This document shows, piece by piece, positions 63,567 through 64,000 of a stretch of DNA of 64,000 nt. A model generated the notes under the pieces. It saw only the letters and a list, made by a program, of their open reading frames with translations. It was not told the DNA's origin and did not search any database. This DNA comes from Hydrurus foetidus. Its lineage: Eukaryota. The translations under genes and the position numbers were made by a program. The stretch covers positions 1-64,000 of the forward strand of contig UYFQ01000518.1 in assembly GCA_900617105.1 (NCBI GenBank). The letters run 5' to 3'. The stretch's first letter is position 1; the number at the start of each line of letters is the position of its first letter.

Positions 63567-64000
63567 TCATTTTGCGCTGAAAAAGCTCTTTATACCGGCT
63601 TTAGCCGTAGTCGCCTTGGTCGCAACACGAGATACAGCCGAGGCAGCAGCAGTAGCGGCTGGTGGTCTGCCTCTCTTCCCAGTCTTCGCAGTTACACCAG
63701 TAGTGGCAATTGAGGCAGCACCTGCACCTGTGACTGCACTTACATGTGGAACATTTGGAACACTAGCGGTACTGCTACTGCTGCTATTGGTTGTGCTGAC
63801 AGTCGTACTAGATCCCGCAGTAATTCCCTCTGTCACCTTCCCCTCTCTCCCTTTCCCTGGTGACTTCGAGAGCGATGATGATATTGTCGATTCCTTTCCC
63901 TTCACATCAGATGTACCAACAGGCGCAGAGGAAGGGTCTACTTTCATCCCTATAGAGATGGATTTGACTCCGTTACGTTTATGAGAAGTCTTGCTGTCCG
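63567..64000 (-). CDS. C-terminal exon of a gene starting beyond the window; low-complexity Ser/Thr/Ala/Lys tail
   Basis: The frame is open from the window edge to the stop at 63567. It contains KRGRP and ends AKAGIKSFFSAK. Confidence 0.7.
   Translation of the reverse strand, partial: DSKTSHKRNGVKSISIGMKVDPSSAPVGTSDVKGKESTISSSLSKSPGKGREGKVTEGITAGSSTTVSTTNSSSSSTASVPNVPHVSAVTGAGAASIATTGVTAKTGKRGRPPAATAAASAVSRVATKATTAKAGIKSFFSAK

Overview
Eukaryotic nuclear DNA from an intron-rich genome. It is very probably a plastid-bearing stramenopile (ochrophyte), inferred from four proteins with bipartite signal+transit presequences; the species cannot be determined from the sequence. Manual GT-AG splicing gives, in order: a 5'-truncated Kelch/EGF membrane protein, a PP2C phosphatase, a CGFS glutaredoxin, a stand-alone response regulator, a large NAD-glutamate dehydrogenase (with a cluster of frame/splice lesions at ~35.9-38.8 kb), a prolyl-4-hydroxylase-like dioxygenase, BAP31, UBIAD1/MenA, an unknown plastid membrane protein, a plastid-targeted J-domain protein, a mitochondrial-type 3-phosphoglycerate dehydrogenase, and the 3' end of one more gene. 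Most introns carry pentanucleotide microsatellites, so most ORF-track entries are spurious. The most unusual structure is a ~2.9-kb quasi-palindrome (15.3-18.2 kb). It holds two outward-facing tRNA-Val(AAC) genes around a hAT-like core of inverted (GGCTAC)n arrays that has captured a third, truncated tRNA copy. There is also a non-autonomous hAT element (8-bp TSD) with a nested TA-flanked MITE just upstream of the PGDH gene, and an unexplained multi-helix structured segment at ~53.3-53.6 kb.
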